NCBI RefSeq assembly: GCF_040938485.1
Contig: NW_027271164.1
Location: 2,080,064 to 2,144,063, forward strand
From: Diadema antillarum
Taxonomy: Eukaryota
Direction: 5' to 3'
DNA length: 64,000 nucleotides
The position numbers were made by a program, and so were the translations under genes. Below, piece after piece: positions 1-12,347 of the stretch (position 1 is its first letter; each line of letters opens with the position of its first letter). Below the pieces are notes generated by a model. That model saw nothing but the letters and a program-made list of their open reading frames with translations, made no database searches and was not told the DNA's origin.

Positions 1-81
1 TCCGTAGAATTCGTACGACATCGCTGTTCCCGTCCGAAATCCGCCTCCGTGAATCCACACCATCACCGGAATATTCGATGA
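1..81 (-). CDS. CESL-0 exon 3 (truncated by window edge)
   Basis: Peptide [27 protein letters not shown]. Acceptor tcgcag at 82-87. Confidence 0.7.
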
Positions 82-99
82 CTGCGACATTTATGGATG

Positions 100-107
100 A
101 GGAGAGT

Positions 108-152
<45 letters not shown>

Positions 153-167
153 GGGGGGGGGGGGGGG
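100..167. repeat. (GA)n followed by a poly-G run of about 27 G
   Basis: Direct reading. The paralogous copy lies at 18966..19012. Confidence 0.9.
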
Positions 168-1014
168 CAATGAAAGAATCATACAAGGCTGACAATCTTT
201 TACTGAGAATGAAAAAGATGATAAGGAAACAGTGGTACCAGGGGATGTGGAGTGCCTTCCACCTTCCTCCTACCTGGTGCTACATTTTAAATTGTACTTG
301 TGAAATTCACTCCTCTCCCACCTTGTAATTCTCAGCACCCAATATCACAAAATTTGAGCAATGTTGAGATGAAATTACGACACAGGTGTTTTAAATTTTA
401 AAGGGAAATTCCGGTGGAGATGAAAGTTAGTCTGAAAAGAAGGAGTAAAATTTGCTTACAACATTGAAAATTTAATCAGAATCAGATGAAAAGTAAGGAA
501 GTTATGACATTTGAAGTTTCACTAATTTTCAGGTAACAGTTTTTGAACACGAGTCAATATGAATATGCAAATAGTGAAGTGATGATGTCATCCCCTCACA
601 ACTTGCCATATAATTTGTACAATTTCATTTTGACACTTCTTTTTTTTTTTCATTCAAACGCAATGATGCCCCAATCTCAAATCCTGATATATCTGACTGG
701 TTGTTATCATGAAGTTATTTATCCAGGAATAACATCATGTTTTACACTTCAGCAACAAAAACAGTGAATTTTCTTCATTTTTTTGTGTGTGTACAAGGTC
801 AATGGAAAACCAATGAAAACTGATGACATCATCAGCTGCTCACTTATTTGCATATTCATATCAACTGTACCAGAACTGTTCTGCAGAAATTAGCGGAACT
901 TCACAATTTCATGACTTCCCTAACTTCTATTCTGATCAATCAATTTTAACTGTTGTATTCGTAAGATTTTAGTCAATCTTACCAGACTGACTTATGAAGG
1001 ACTAGATTTTCTCT

Positions 1015-1430
1015 TTAAAAGGATGGTATAGTATTTGTACAGATGAGGATGGGGCTTTTAACTTTTTGCAAGATACAAAGAAACCACTTATGAAATAGTA
1101 CAGAGCATACCATTCTCAGAGGAATTCAAAGTGAATATGATGAAAACTTGCTCTGGAATGGCTGGGACATCCAAAAAACAAAACAAAACAAAACAAAACA
1201 AAGTAAATCAAATCGATCGTAATAAAAGCTGGGTCATAGCTTTCATTATTAGGATCGTTCTATTTTGGATATCTCAGCCATTTGAAAACCAATTTTTATC
1301 AAATAAATGTTCGATTCCTCTTGGAATTACATCCCCTCTCACATTTTGTAAGAGGTTTCTCATTATCTCACCAAAAATGTCAGAAACCTGAAGTTAGGTC
1401 TAAAGAAACCCCTACAGATCCCTTTAAGGT
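1015..1430. mobile_element. MITE-like palindromic element (family M1) in CESL-0 intron 2. It ends about 8 bp from the exon 2 splice donor and is absent from the paralogous CESL-1 intron.
   Basis: It shares GTACAG...GATATCTCAGCCATTTCAAAACC...CCCTTTAA structure with copies at 9650, 44788 and 45412. Confidence 0.55.
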
Positions 1431-1444
1431 AATTTCCCACTCAC

Positions 1445-1621
1445 AGATGTGCTTGGAGTGTAGACGTTGAGATAGAGACAATCCTCCGATCTGTTTGGGT
1501 AGAGAGGGTCAGGAATTTGTACGCAGGCTGGGGCAAACTCGGTGGCGTTTCTCTCTCCCGTCCATGGGGTCTTGCTTTCTGGCTTAGCGAAACGAGCAGG
1601 TGGATTGGCGTAGGGAACCCC
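1445..1621 (-). CDS. CESL-0 exon 2
   Basis: Peptide [35 protein letters not shown]...[14 protein letters not shown]. Acceptor cag, donor GTGAGT. Confidence 0.75.
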
Positions 1622-1844
1622 CTGTTTATGGAGTGTAAGAAAACATAAGCATTGTAATAACAATATCTTTTGTCAATTTCCTTATAACATGTATACATGT
1701 ATAACATGTATACAAGGCATTGAGAGTGAAACTGCATGATGCATTAAAAGCACAAATGATATACAGAAAAGACTGTAAAAACAGATTTGCGAAAATGTAC
1801 CACAATATTATACACAACGGATATACACTAAAGGCTAGTAACTG

Positions 1845-2165
1845 ATCATGGGAATCAGTGGGAATGCTGGGGATGCTTGTTCCATTCCTTGTGGGATTCA
1901 TCTAAGAGTATACATTATATATCTATTGTTGTGTGAAAATTATTTGCTTCAGAATGGTCTCATATTCAAGTAATGTGCAGTTTAATGTTTCCAGGTTAGC
2001 ATGCCTGTACAGTGGCGGGGCATTAAAATGCACATTACTTGAATATGAGACCGTTCTGAAGCAAACAATTTTCACGCAACAATAGATATATAATGTACTC
2101 TTAAATGAATCCCACAAGGATTGGAACAATCATTCCCCAGCATTCCAACTGATTCCCACTAATCA
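1845..2165. mobile_element. Hairpin (MITE-like) element of about 320 bp, a near-perfect palindrome, in CESL-0 intron 1. It is absent from CESL-1.
   Basis: Left arm ggaatgctggggatgcttgttccattccttgtgggattcat... Right arm ...atgaatcccacaaggattggaacaatcattccccagcattcc. The centre lies near 2010. Confidence 0.6.
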
Positions 2166-2685
2166 GTTACAGCCATCCCCTTTAAACAATATGAATACAT
2201 GTCATGGAAAGCTGTTTTGTGAGATTAGATTATACAGAGAGAGCACAGAATGTATAGGCCTACTTCTATTCTACCAATGTGTGTTTTTATTCACTGATCA
2301 CTTCAGTTTCTCCAGGGAGCAGAAAAATAATTCCCAGTTATTGTGACAAGGAAACATGAACGCTATTGAAGACAAGACCTATATGCTGATTAAACACTAA
2401 GAAGATACTGTCTGTAAAACGCATGAAAGTCAACAACATATTACATCTGGTCATAGTGCTCACTAACTTATTGGAACTAGAAAGACCAATTTTCTGCATG
2501 GGAACGCGGAAAATGCACTTGGAAAACCCATTCGCAACAGGAGCGAATTTGGAACTGAAGAATGTCAAATTGGCCTGTAAAATGACCGCCGAAATGAAGG
2601 CCGTGCACGTATGATACAAGAAGCCTTTATATAATTGGTATGACGAAAAACGAACACTGTACTAATGTAGTTGAAACTAATGGCA

Positions 2686-2772
2686 TTATCATTATTATTA
2701 TCATTATCATCATCATCATCATCATCATCATCAACAACATCATCATCATCATCAACAACATCATCATCATCA
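2686..2772. repeat. (ATC/ATT)n trinucleotide microsatellite
   Basis: Direct reading. It produces spurious poly-D, poly-I and poly-M ORFs in the track. Confidence 0.95.
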
Positions 2773-2882
2773 ATATAACCATCCGTAAAACTATATCCGA
2801 TAGAGTGCATGTATCAACACATACCTTGGTATTGAAATAAAAAGAGATTACCGATAGGATTTCTTCGGACAGCAACCCTTAC

Positions 2883-3044
2883 CAGAAATACATCGACATC
2901 GACTGTTTTGTTGATGAAGGTGTCTTCGCTGAATCGCACCGTTTTCCCCACAATGATTCCCTCAGCGACATTCACTACCGGGCTGCTGGCCCGACTTACC
3001 CCGAGGAAGGCACCGACCACCAGAACAAAAAGTTGAAGTTTCAT
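2883..3044 (-). CDS. CESL-0 exon 1 (signal peptide + N-terminus)
   Basis: ATG at 3044. Peptide MKLQLFVLVVGAFLGVSRASSPVVNVAEGIIVGKTVRFSEDTFINKTVDVDVFL. Donor GTAAGG follows CTG. Confidence 0.75.
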
Positions 3045-3245
3045 TTTCGCTATTGTCTAATGCGACTTGGCAGCACCAACAACATGCAATAAACTGTTCT
3101 GAAGGAAATTCTGCAAACTAATTACAACTTAAAACCCTACCAATCCCTCTTTGTTGTTTATCAAAGACTCGTATAATGTCATGTCATTGTTTGCTATATT
3201 CTATTTATACCCTCTATCTGTTTGCTTTACCAGTCAGGGAGACTA
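3045..3245 (-). promoter_or_regulatory. Candidate promoter-proximal region of CESL-0, conserved with the CESL-1 upstream region
   Basis: A conserved block including ctcgtataatgtcatgtcattgtttgctatattctatttataccct lies about 130 bp upstream of the ATG. Paralog similarity stops upstream of about 3245. Confidence 0.35.
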
Positions 3246-3942
3246 CCTATTTTGAGGGAAGATTGAAATCCCCCGTAGAGGGAACATTGAACCGCGAGCG
3301 GATGTTACGTAACGGAGCGACGCGATATGGTCAGAGCGAACCGTTACAGATGTTCTTTTTCCAGTCGCTATGAGAATAATTAACCGAGAGGGAGAGAGAG
3401 AAACACATGTACACACACGCAAGCGTACACACACGGCCCGGAGGCGCATTTTTAATTTACACGCAAGCCTGTGGCTTTTGGCAATTAAATTCAATGAAAC
3501 CGCTCCTGATGCGTCTATGCTTATTCTGTGGTACTATACATAAGAGTTCTGTGGGTACTGTACCCTCCGCTCGCGACGATTCGATTCGTACACGTGCATC
3601 AGTGAGTGTGTGCACGCGCTGAGAAAGTTTTGCTCGCCGTGGTAGACCCTCATCCAATTACTATACATGTAGTAGTACATGTATAAATACGTATAAAAAC
3701 GGGTGAGAGTGCGAAAAACGAGACAATACAAAACAAAACAAAAAATCTGACAAGAAGGAGAGGGGGAGAGAGAGAATCAGAAGGAAAGAGATAAAAAAAG
3801 CAATGAATATTCTGTGATATCTCATCAATCATGCACAACAGTGATGAATATTATTGCGGGTTCCATGGAAGATCACAACTTTATTGGTGTATGATGGGGA
3901 TGTGTAGGCCCCTAATGGGCTAGAGTGACCAAAGTTTATATA

Positions 3943-3993
<51 letters not shown>

Positions 3994-4899
3994 ATAAGTC
4001 CAAACATGTTGCGAATTCACGTATTGGCTACAAAATAATTATGTGGGGGAGGGAGGGGGGGGGGGGGAACCGAAGGTGAAGCCAATCCTGCCCGACCCCT
4101 CCGACCCCTCCCCCCACCGATATTGAAACGCATATCGACCAATAGGCTTACACAATGTCATGACGAGTAATGTATAATGTAACACTTTTTCGATCTCCGT
4201 AGATTGGTGATTGAAAAATTGACAGGAAAGATTGAAGGGAAAAGGAGTGGAGAAGAAGCGCATGGATGGAAAGCTTGAAGGGAGAGTAGTTGAAAGTTAT
4301 GGAATAGGCTATACAATGGTACATGTACATGTATCAGAAAGTTGTGAAATAACATGATCGCTTAAATCTATATACATTATGTACATATATTTATTTGTCA
4401 GCCTCCAACCCCCTCTGTTATATCTGTTGCTATTAAAGGCCCTAAATTTATCTTCATACTGATGGTATATTATTTTGTTTCTCAAACCTGCCCCTCTTTT
4501 CTTCATACTACTTTACACTCTGCATATTCATTTTCCGACCTCTCTCGACCTCCTCCTTTTTCAAATGCATAATTATGACTCCTGCATTTTTGTCCCTTCC
4601 TCGATCACTGCTTTAATTCTCATACAATTTATTTGTTTCTCATACTCTCTCTGTCTCTCCCCATCTCTCTTTCTCATGTTAAAACTTTACAATGTTTGTT
4701 TACAAGACCACTTTCTACTCTCTATACAGTGATCAGTTTGTCTAGAAACATGTTTAGTCAGTGCAAATATGTTGTGAAGGAAAATTACACCACTATTGCA
4801 TGAATTCATTACGCATTTTATTCACTTCTTTATGTTCAAGCACTTTTTTTTCATGAAGGTATACTGAGTATACAGATGTAATCTGATACTCCAATATTC

Positions 4900-7800
4900 A
4901 AGAAGACATTCTCAATACAAACTAGAACTATCACCCAATGTTGTATACACAGTTACTGACATTTGCCAAATCTCAAGTCAATTGCTCAAAACCTGAGTGA
5001 GTAAGTAAATAAATCAACAATTTCTATGTTTTTCATTAAAAATACTGTTACCATGGCAACACAATGTTTGACATTAAGAAAAAAAATGAAGTTTGCCCAG
5101 CTCTATCAGATAGCTGTCACATGTGCCAAATTTCAAGTCAAATGCTCAAAAACTGAGGGAGTTAAGTTAATCCACAATATTATTGTATGATTTTTATTCA
5201 AAATAAAATTATGCTGTCACCATATGTTGTGTCGAGCCCACTAATGTCAATAATATTCGACCACTAATATGGCTGTCGTATCTTTAAGCTATATGCTTAT
5301 TTGACGACAGTCTTCTGCATTTACGCTCCCGATCTTGTGCCATAATTCAGTGAGATCATTTATTTCGAATGGTTCGTGTTCTCTTACTCTTTTCGTTAAT
5401 CTGTACACGTATATCTCGGTTTTATATTCGAATGTACACACTGTATGTTCCATTCTCTTGTAAACAACAAGAAATGACTACTTAGTATTTCATTTTTGTA
5501 ATAAATGATCGATGCAGAAAATTCCTAATAAATTAATTTGAATTTGGATCGTGTAATGTCATAACATGTCGACAATAAATGTCAAAATCGGATTAACCAC
5601 AAATGTCATAACACGTCGACCAAAAATGTCAAAATTTCAATTTTTATTGCAAATGTGATAACACGTCGACGACAAATGTCATAACGACCACTGATGTCAT
5701 AACATGTCGACGACAAATGTCAAAATCGGATTAACCACAAACGTCATAACACGTCGACGACAAATGTCAAAATATAAATTTTTACTGTATATGTCATAAC
5801 ATGTCGACGACAAATGTCAACGACCATTAATGTCTTAACACCTCGACGACAAATGTCATAATGACCACAAATCACATGGGACAAATATCAAAGTCGGATT
5901 AACCACAAATATCATAACACATCGACGACAAATGTCAAAATTTCTGTCTTTATATACTGCAAATGTCATAACACGTCGACGACAATTGTCAAAATCGAAT
6001 TAACCACAAATGTCATAACGCGTCGACCACAAATGTCAGAATTTCCAAATTTACTGCAAATGTCATACTGCGTCACAGGGGAGGATCCAGGAATTCCGTA
6101 AAGGGGAGGCACCTTTACAAAATCAAAGTTTGGTGCAACCTCCTCCCTTTTTTTGATTTTATCAAAAATAGAGACGGGGAGGAGCGCCGCGGCCCCTTTA
6201 GATCAGCGACTGCGTCAGCCACAGGTTAATGGCAAAACCCAATGCTTGCATTACAAGGAGGCGACTTTTCAAAACTATACAAGCTGGCGCAACCCCCTAT
6301 TTTTTTTTCTTTTTATTTCTGTTGTTTGAACAAAAAAAAGGGTCATCAAAGGGGTTGCGCCCCCTCTCAACCCGCGATTGCGTCATCCACAAATGTCAAA
6401 ACTCATTGCTTGCATTTCATGGGCGGATCCAGGAATTCCGTGAAGGGGAGACACCTTTTCAAAATGAAAGGCTGGCGCAACCCCCCCCCCCTTGTTATTT
6501 TCCTCTTATTTCTTTTGTTTAAACGAAAAAAAGACAGAGAAGAAAGGAGTGGGTGCGGCAGTCTTTACTTTTGCAAAGGCGCCTCGCCTTTTCGGAATTC
6601 CGTGATCCGCCCCTGTAATGCAGCATTGGTTTTGCCATTAACATTTGTGGTCGTGTAACACATCGTGTTATGACATTTGCAGTAAAAATGGAAATTTTGA
6701 CGACGCAGTCGCGGATCTAGAGGGGGCGTGGCGCCCCTCCCCGTCTCTATATTTGCTAAAACAAAAGAAATAACATTAAAAAAGGGGAGGGGGTTGCGCC
6801 AGCCTTTGATTTTGTAAAGGCGTCTCCCCTTTACAGAATTCCTGGATCCTCCCCTGTGACGCGTTATGACATTTGCAGTAAATTTGGAGATCCACATATT
6901 TTGTAGTCGATGTGTTATGACATTTGTGATTAATTCGATTTTAACATTTGTCGTCGAGGTGGTATGGCATTTGCAGTAAAAACGGAAATTTTGACATTGT
7001 CGTCGACGTGTTATGACATTCGTCGTTAATCCGATTTTGATATTAGTCGTCGACGTGTTATGACATTAGTTGTCGTTATGAAATTTGTCGTCGACGTGTT
7101 GACATTTGCAGTAAAAAATTGATATTTTGACATTTGTCGTCGACGTGTTATGACATTTGTGGTTAATCCGATTTTGACAATTGTCGTCGACATGTTATGA
7201 CACTAGTGGTCGCTATGAAATTTGTCGTCGACGTGTCATGACATTTGCAGTAAAAATTGGAATTTTTGACATTTGTCTTCGACATGTTATGACATTAGTG
7301 GTCATTATGACATTTGTCGTCGACGTGTAATGACATTAGCGGTCGTTATGAAATTTGTCGTTTACGTCTTATGATGACATAAGTGGTTGTTATAACATTA
7401 CACGATATAAATTCAAATTAATAAGGAATTTTCTGCATCGGTCATATGTTACATTACAAAAATGAAATAGTCATTTCTTGTTGTTTACAAGAGAATGGAA
7501 CATACAGTGTGTACATTCGAATATAAAATTGAGATATACGTATACAGATTAAAGAAAAGAGTAAGAGAACACGTCGATTGGGAACCATTCGGAATAAATG
7601 ATCTCACTGAATTATGGCACTTAAGATCGGGAGTGTGAATGCAGAAGACTGTCGTCAAATAAGCATATAGCTTAAAGATACGACAGCCACATTAGTGGTC
7701 GAATATTGTTGACATTGATGGGCTCGACACACTATGGTGACTGCATAATTTCATTTTGAATGAAAATCGTACAATGATATTGTGAATTAACTTAAAGGAC

Positions 7801-8100
7801 AAGTCCACCTTCATATACATGTGGATTGAGTGAATGCAGCAATATCAATAGAGCACAACAGTGAAAGTTTGGGGGAAATCCGACAATCCGTTTCAAGAGT
7901 TATGAATTTTTAAAATATCTGCGTAGTCACTGCTGGATGAGACGACTACTACAGTGTTTGATGTCATATGCGTACAACCATTTTTTCTTAATATTAAACA
8001 TTGTCTTGCCATGGTAACAGTATTTTTAATGAAAATCATAGAAATTGTTGATTCATTTACTTACTTACTCAGGTTTTGAGCACTTTACTTGAGATGTGGC
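4900..8100. repeat. Perfect palindrome (foldback structure) of about 3.2 kb. Its arms contain tandem sub-repeats of about 60 bp that are rich in GTCGAC sites. A GC-rich nested hairpin (6060-6870) sits at the centre near 6480.
   Basis: 5230..5520 is the reverse complement of 7450..7745. 4980..5090 is the reverse complement of 7960..8100. The arm sub-repeat unit is aaatgtcataacacgtcgacgacaaatgtcaaaatcggattaaccac. Confidence 0.8.
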
Positions 8101-8102
8101 AT

Positions 8103-9460
8103 TTTCATCACTTTGATTTGATTTGATATTGTTTATTTATTCTCTGTATGACATCATTTACAATTCTATATATATATATATATATATATATTACGGAGAA
8201 ACTGAATACCTAATTTCAACCTATCTGGTTTTGAAAGTGTTGTTTATACTCTGAAAGTTTCATTTTCCTTGAAATTTTATTTCTAACATTTTAGGTAATT
8301 TTATGCAAGACGTTTTAAGAAAACGATGCCAACCTAACTATCATGAGATGATGCTCTAGTGAGACTAACGGCAGACTTAACTTTAAGAGAATCTTTATAC
8401 ATCTGCAGATGGCGGCAAAGTTCCTTGTAAAATTCACTTATTCACTGAAACATCACTGCTCAGGCTGATTGGAAAGCAAGCAGCAGCAACACAGTAAGGC
8501 TGCCGGAGATGCAAACAGTATTCCCCAACTATATTATTCAAATGTTAAAAAAATGGTAAAAGTTATTATAGTCATGTCTTGACAGCAGTAGTACGTTATT
8601 AGCATCATTGATTGTGACTATGTCTCAAAATGTAATCATCTCTTTCCCAGGTGAAAATCAAAATTGAAGAACAGATGCAATTGAAAAATCATGTGTTTAG
8701 AGTTGAAGCGTTCGAGAATAGTTTTGCTTCCGAGCTCAATTGAAATATGGAATAAGCTAGGTTCTAACTTAAAATAATTAAAGTGATATTGGTCCTAAAC
8801 TATTCTGACGGACTGACGGAGTCACGATGAAGAACCGTTTCGGTTGTCGTTCTCATAAGGTTTTCAATCAGTTACAGGTAGACCCTTGCTTGTACTCCTC
8901 GAATTCTTGTTGCCATCCAGTCAGTCCCGTTTTCCAGATACTAAAACTGTCTTGCCAATCCTTCTCTAGTTCGTCGATGTCTCCTGATAAAGAGGAATGA
9001 CATGATTTATCACATTTCATGTGCTCTTAACTCTTTTCAAAGTCTACATTTTGCTTCCGAATATTTGAAGATACCTCATAGGGTTGCACTGCTACATAGG
9101 GCCTAATATAATGTGAACAATGATGTTGAGTAGCGTTCCATCAACGTGTTATCCGATCATTCACATCATCTTTAAAATCTTAACTTTTCTAACATGGCTG
9201 TCATGGAAGCTTTGAATGCTTGTAAGTAAGTAACCGCTCGACTGACGGTTTTAACCTAACCATCATGGCATGATAGATGATAAGCAACCGCTCGACCGAC
9301 GGTTTTTAGTCCCCTATCCGAAAGACAAGGCAATGAGGGACAAGTGCCAAGGAACACATCCGCCGCATCCAGGAGTATTCGAACCAAAAACCTTGGATAG
9401 AAGCTTTGTATTAAGTCACCATTACCACCGTGGCACCATAGACGTAGAAATGGCATTCAA
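8103..9460. repeat. Duplicated 1.35-kb block, copy 1. It matches 23646..24960 and carries the orphan CESL terminal exon together with a tRNA-like (SINE-like) tail.
   Basis: The two copies are collinear with a few indels. A GGTTCGAATCC T-arm-like motif lies at the block edge, on the minus strand. Confidence 0.75.
8868..8983 (-). pseudogene. Orphan duplicate of the CESL-2 terminal exon. It has an intact acceptor, the same 37 codons and a stop. It lies 3.2 kb downstream of the CESL-1 stop with no upstream partner exons.
   Basis: It sits inside the duplicated block 8103..9460, which matches 23646..24960. It translates to SGDIDELEKDWQDSFSIWKTGLTGWQQEFEEYKQGSTCN followed by a stop. Confidence 0.55.
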
Positions 9461-9649
9461 CTCCAAGCTAGACCTTTCAGAATCAAGAAAACATGCTGTT
9501 TGTGGAAAAAAAAAGTCTTCCCCTGACCCGTGTCGGTATCACAATGGAGATTTCAATGCAGCTAATTTAATCCCATGACATCATACAGTATTTATATGAT
9601 TTGTCTGGTGTGTGTAATTCCTGGTAATTTCATGTAGCGATTGCCAATT

Positions 9650-10040
9650 TAAAGGGGTGGTACAGTATTGGTGGAGGCAAGGATTGGGATTTTAACTTTT
9701 TAAGATACCAAGAAACCCCTTATTGAAATAGTATAAAGTATACCATTCTAAGACAAATTCCAAGTTAATTTGATGAAAATAGATTTTGGAATGGCTGAGA
9801 AATTAAAAAACAAAGTAAAACAAAGTGATCGTAATGAAAGGTGGGTCTTACCTTTTATTAGGATTACTCTGTTTTGGGTATCTCACCCATTTCAAAACCA
9901 ATTTGTATCGATTAAATGTTGAATTTCTCTTGGAATTTGATCTTTCATATTCCATACGAGGTTTCTCATTATCTCCTCCCAAAATGCTAGAACCTGAACT
10001 TGTAGGTCTCATCCAAAACTATACGATCCCTCTAAAGAAA
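9650..10040. mobile_element. MITE-like element, family M1
   Basis: ttaaaggggtggtacagtattggtggaggcaagg ... gggtatctcacccatttcaaaaccaatttgtatcg ... ccctctaaag. Confidence 0.5.
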
Positions 10041-12231
10041 AAGAGACAAATAGGACTTGACCATAACATGGTTCATCTCTTTTTTTTGTATTCTCCTTTG
10101 TTTTGTATCCTATCTTGCTCTTTACTTCGTAAAATAATTGCGAGATAGTGTTTGTCAAATCATCCGAAAAGAAACGTCTGTGTATTGCTCAAACAGAATC
10201 TATATAGGGTAATCTAACTGAAATCCTAATGTAAAGTTAGCTTGAAATATTACGTGGCTGGATATTTTAAGAGATGCTTATGATGTACAAGACAAGCCAA
10301 TGGAGACAAATTAATATAATGACGTCACTTGGCGAATATAAGCATTCATACTTGGATCAAAATGTGATCAGATCTATTCATGTATAATCACGAACACTCA
10401 AATACGTCACCTGAACAACTGTGTTTGCTTTGCTCCCGTGACTTTATGCCAGAATTGTTGAATACTTTTGGGGCAGGAAGATAAGTTGTGCATTGCAACT
10501 TACTCAAGTGAAATCTGCATTTATTCGAACAACTATCAAAATATACAAAGTAAACATGATATATGAACATGCATTTCTCTCAATGCAAAACATTGGTTGC
10601 ATGAACCGTGATTAACGCTGCAGTTTGGTAGCTTTCAAAAGAGGAAGTTGCATGCGCAAAATAGTGTATAGTATTTTTCCCTTTTGTAGTTTGCATGCTG
10701 ATCAGTTTTGGGGCGATATTAGTGTGTTAAGTATCAGACAAATGACGTTGTGGATTCTATAATCTGATGCTCCTATGGGGACGAACAAGAGGTACATTGT
10801 GGGGTCTCCATATATGTTTTGCTTTATTTAGTCAGGTACTGTGGGGGGTATAAATGACATTATGGGAGCATTCTGTCTATAATGGGAGAAAGATACTACA
10901 CAAGAAAAGGAGAAAGAAGTACTACGGAGTATAAATATTGTTTATTGCGATAGTTGTTGCAAAGACTTAAGTATAGTTTAAGGATGTAGACATACTGTCA
11001 AAATGATTTATGTGTGTATCAAAATCAAAAGTTTGCAGTATGTTTTAGCCATTTTTATTTTCAATATTTAATGTGAATTCATATTTGGGGCGTATATTAT
11101 ATTCTCATTTTATCACACACATAAATACATGTGAGAAGAATCTTCTGTGCCCCGAGTATTAACAGTCATTCTCTTTTGTTTATCCTTACTTTTGGTCTTA
11201 ATTGTACCCGTGCTCCTCATCCTGTTCCCCTCACTAGGCTTTTGTTGGGACCTATACACTCAACAAGCTTTGCTTTTTAGTAGGTTCCATCGTATTTTTC
11301 TTTGCATCCTTTACTTTGATTGAAAATGACACATCGACCGTTATGTATTATTTTTGTATTCCTATTTCTTCATGTATATATCCAAGCTGGACATTCTGTA
11401 TTATTATATTTTGTTATATACCAGATATTTTCCATCGAGAAATACGAAAATAAAATTGAAATTGAAATTGAAATTGAAATTTGAACACACGCACATATAT
11501 ACACACATATACATACACATACGCGCACACACACAAACACACACACACTCATATACTGTTGATATCTGTTACTAAATATCTCACCCGGTTCACAGATATT
11601 ACAGATGCACAGATAATATATGCATGGCAACAGGTAATGCAGTATTTATTTCAACCAAATGATTTTACAAGCTTTTCATTGCCGATAACTAAAAGTACAT
11701 AAAGATCGCAGAGTTTCAAATTGTACATAGTTTTGCAGGTTCCAATTTTCATTGATTTTTTTTCACACCTGTTCCAATCACAATATCCTGAGACACAATC
11801 TCCTTATGTTACACGGCCAACTTTTACGGAAAGCATATAGTAGTCGTGTTTCACATAGACGCTGTGGAGAAGCAAAAGTATAAAAGTATACCCCGATATT
11901 AAAATTCCTTTAATCATTGAAGTGGTTTCGGTGCTAGATAAATCCTCGAGATTATGAAGTCACTCACTGTTGTTTGATGATTATCATAATTATGATAATA
12001 TTTTGCTGTTGAAACGATATGGATAGATCTTTGGCTTCAGTTGCTCACAAAAAGCCAAAGGCAAATGATAACGGAGTCCAGAATGGCCGTATCCATTGTC
12101 GTATCCCAGTCAAGTACAGTCACGTTTAATGTTATTGTCTCTCACATTCTCTCTCGCCTGTGTCACTATAATCAATCTTGCATGAACATTATCACGTGAT
12201 TATTGCCTATTATGTCGTCATTGTTGTAGCC

Positions 12232-12347
12232 TCAGTCACAGCTGGTTTCTTGCTGATATTCCTCGAACGCTTGTTGCCACTCAGTCATGTCTGTCTTCCA
12301 GCCATCGTAACTTTCCCGCCATTCTTGTTCCACGGGGTCCAAACTCT
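12232..12347 (-). CDS. CESL-1 exon 10 (terminal)
   Basis: Peptide ESLDPVEQEWRESYDGWKTDMTEWQQAFEEYQQETSCD followed by a stop (TGA at 12232-12234). Confidence 0.75.

Larger units (their letters stand above)
1..3044 (-). other. CESL-0 gene locus (partial): 5' three exons of a carboxylesterase type-B paralog; the 3' exons lie beyond the window start
   Basis: Exons at 2883..3044, 1445..1621 and 1..81 encode signal peptide, GVPYANPP...EDCLYLNV and MVWIHGGGF. The region is near-identical to CESL-1 exons 1-3. Confidence 0.75.
1..3245. repeat. Segmental duplication, copy A (CESL-0 5' half plus promoter-proximal region)
   Basis: See copy B. Duplication-specific insertions here are the MITE at 1015..1430, the hairpin at 1845..2165 and (ATC/ATT)n at 2686..2772. 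Confidence 0.8.

Noticed and set aside
2565-2875. Track ORFs encoding poly-Asp, poly-Ile and poly-Met peptides
   Set aside because: They are translations of the (ATC/ATT)n microsatellite in an intron, not genes.
6229-6897. ORFs of 97-138 aa on both strands at the centre of the 3.2-kb palindrome
   Set aside because: They are mirror-image artefacts of the inverted repeat. They are low in complexity and carry no conserved domain.
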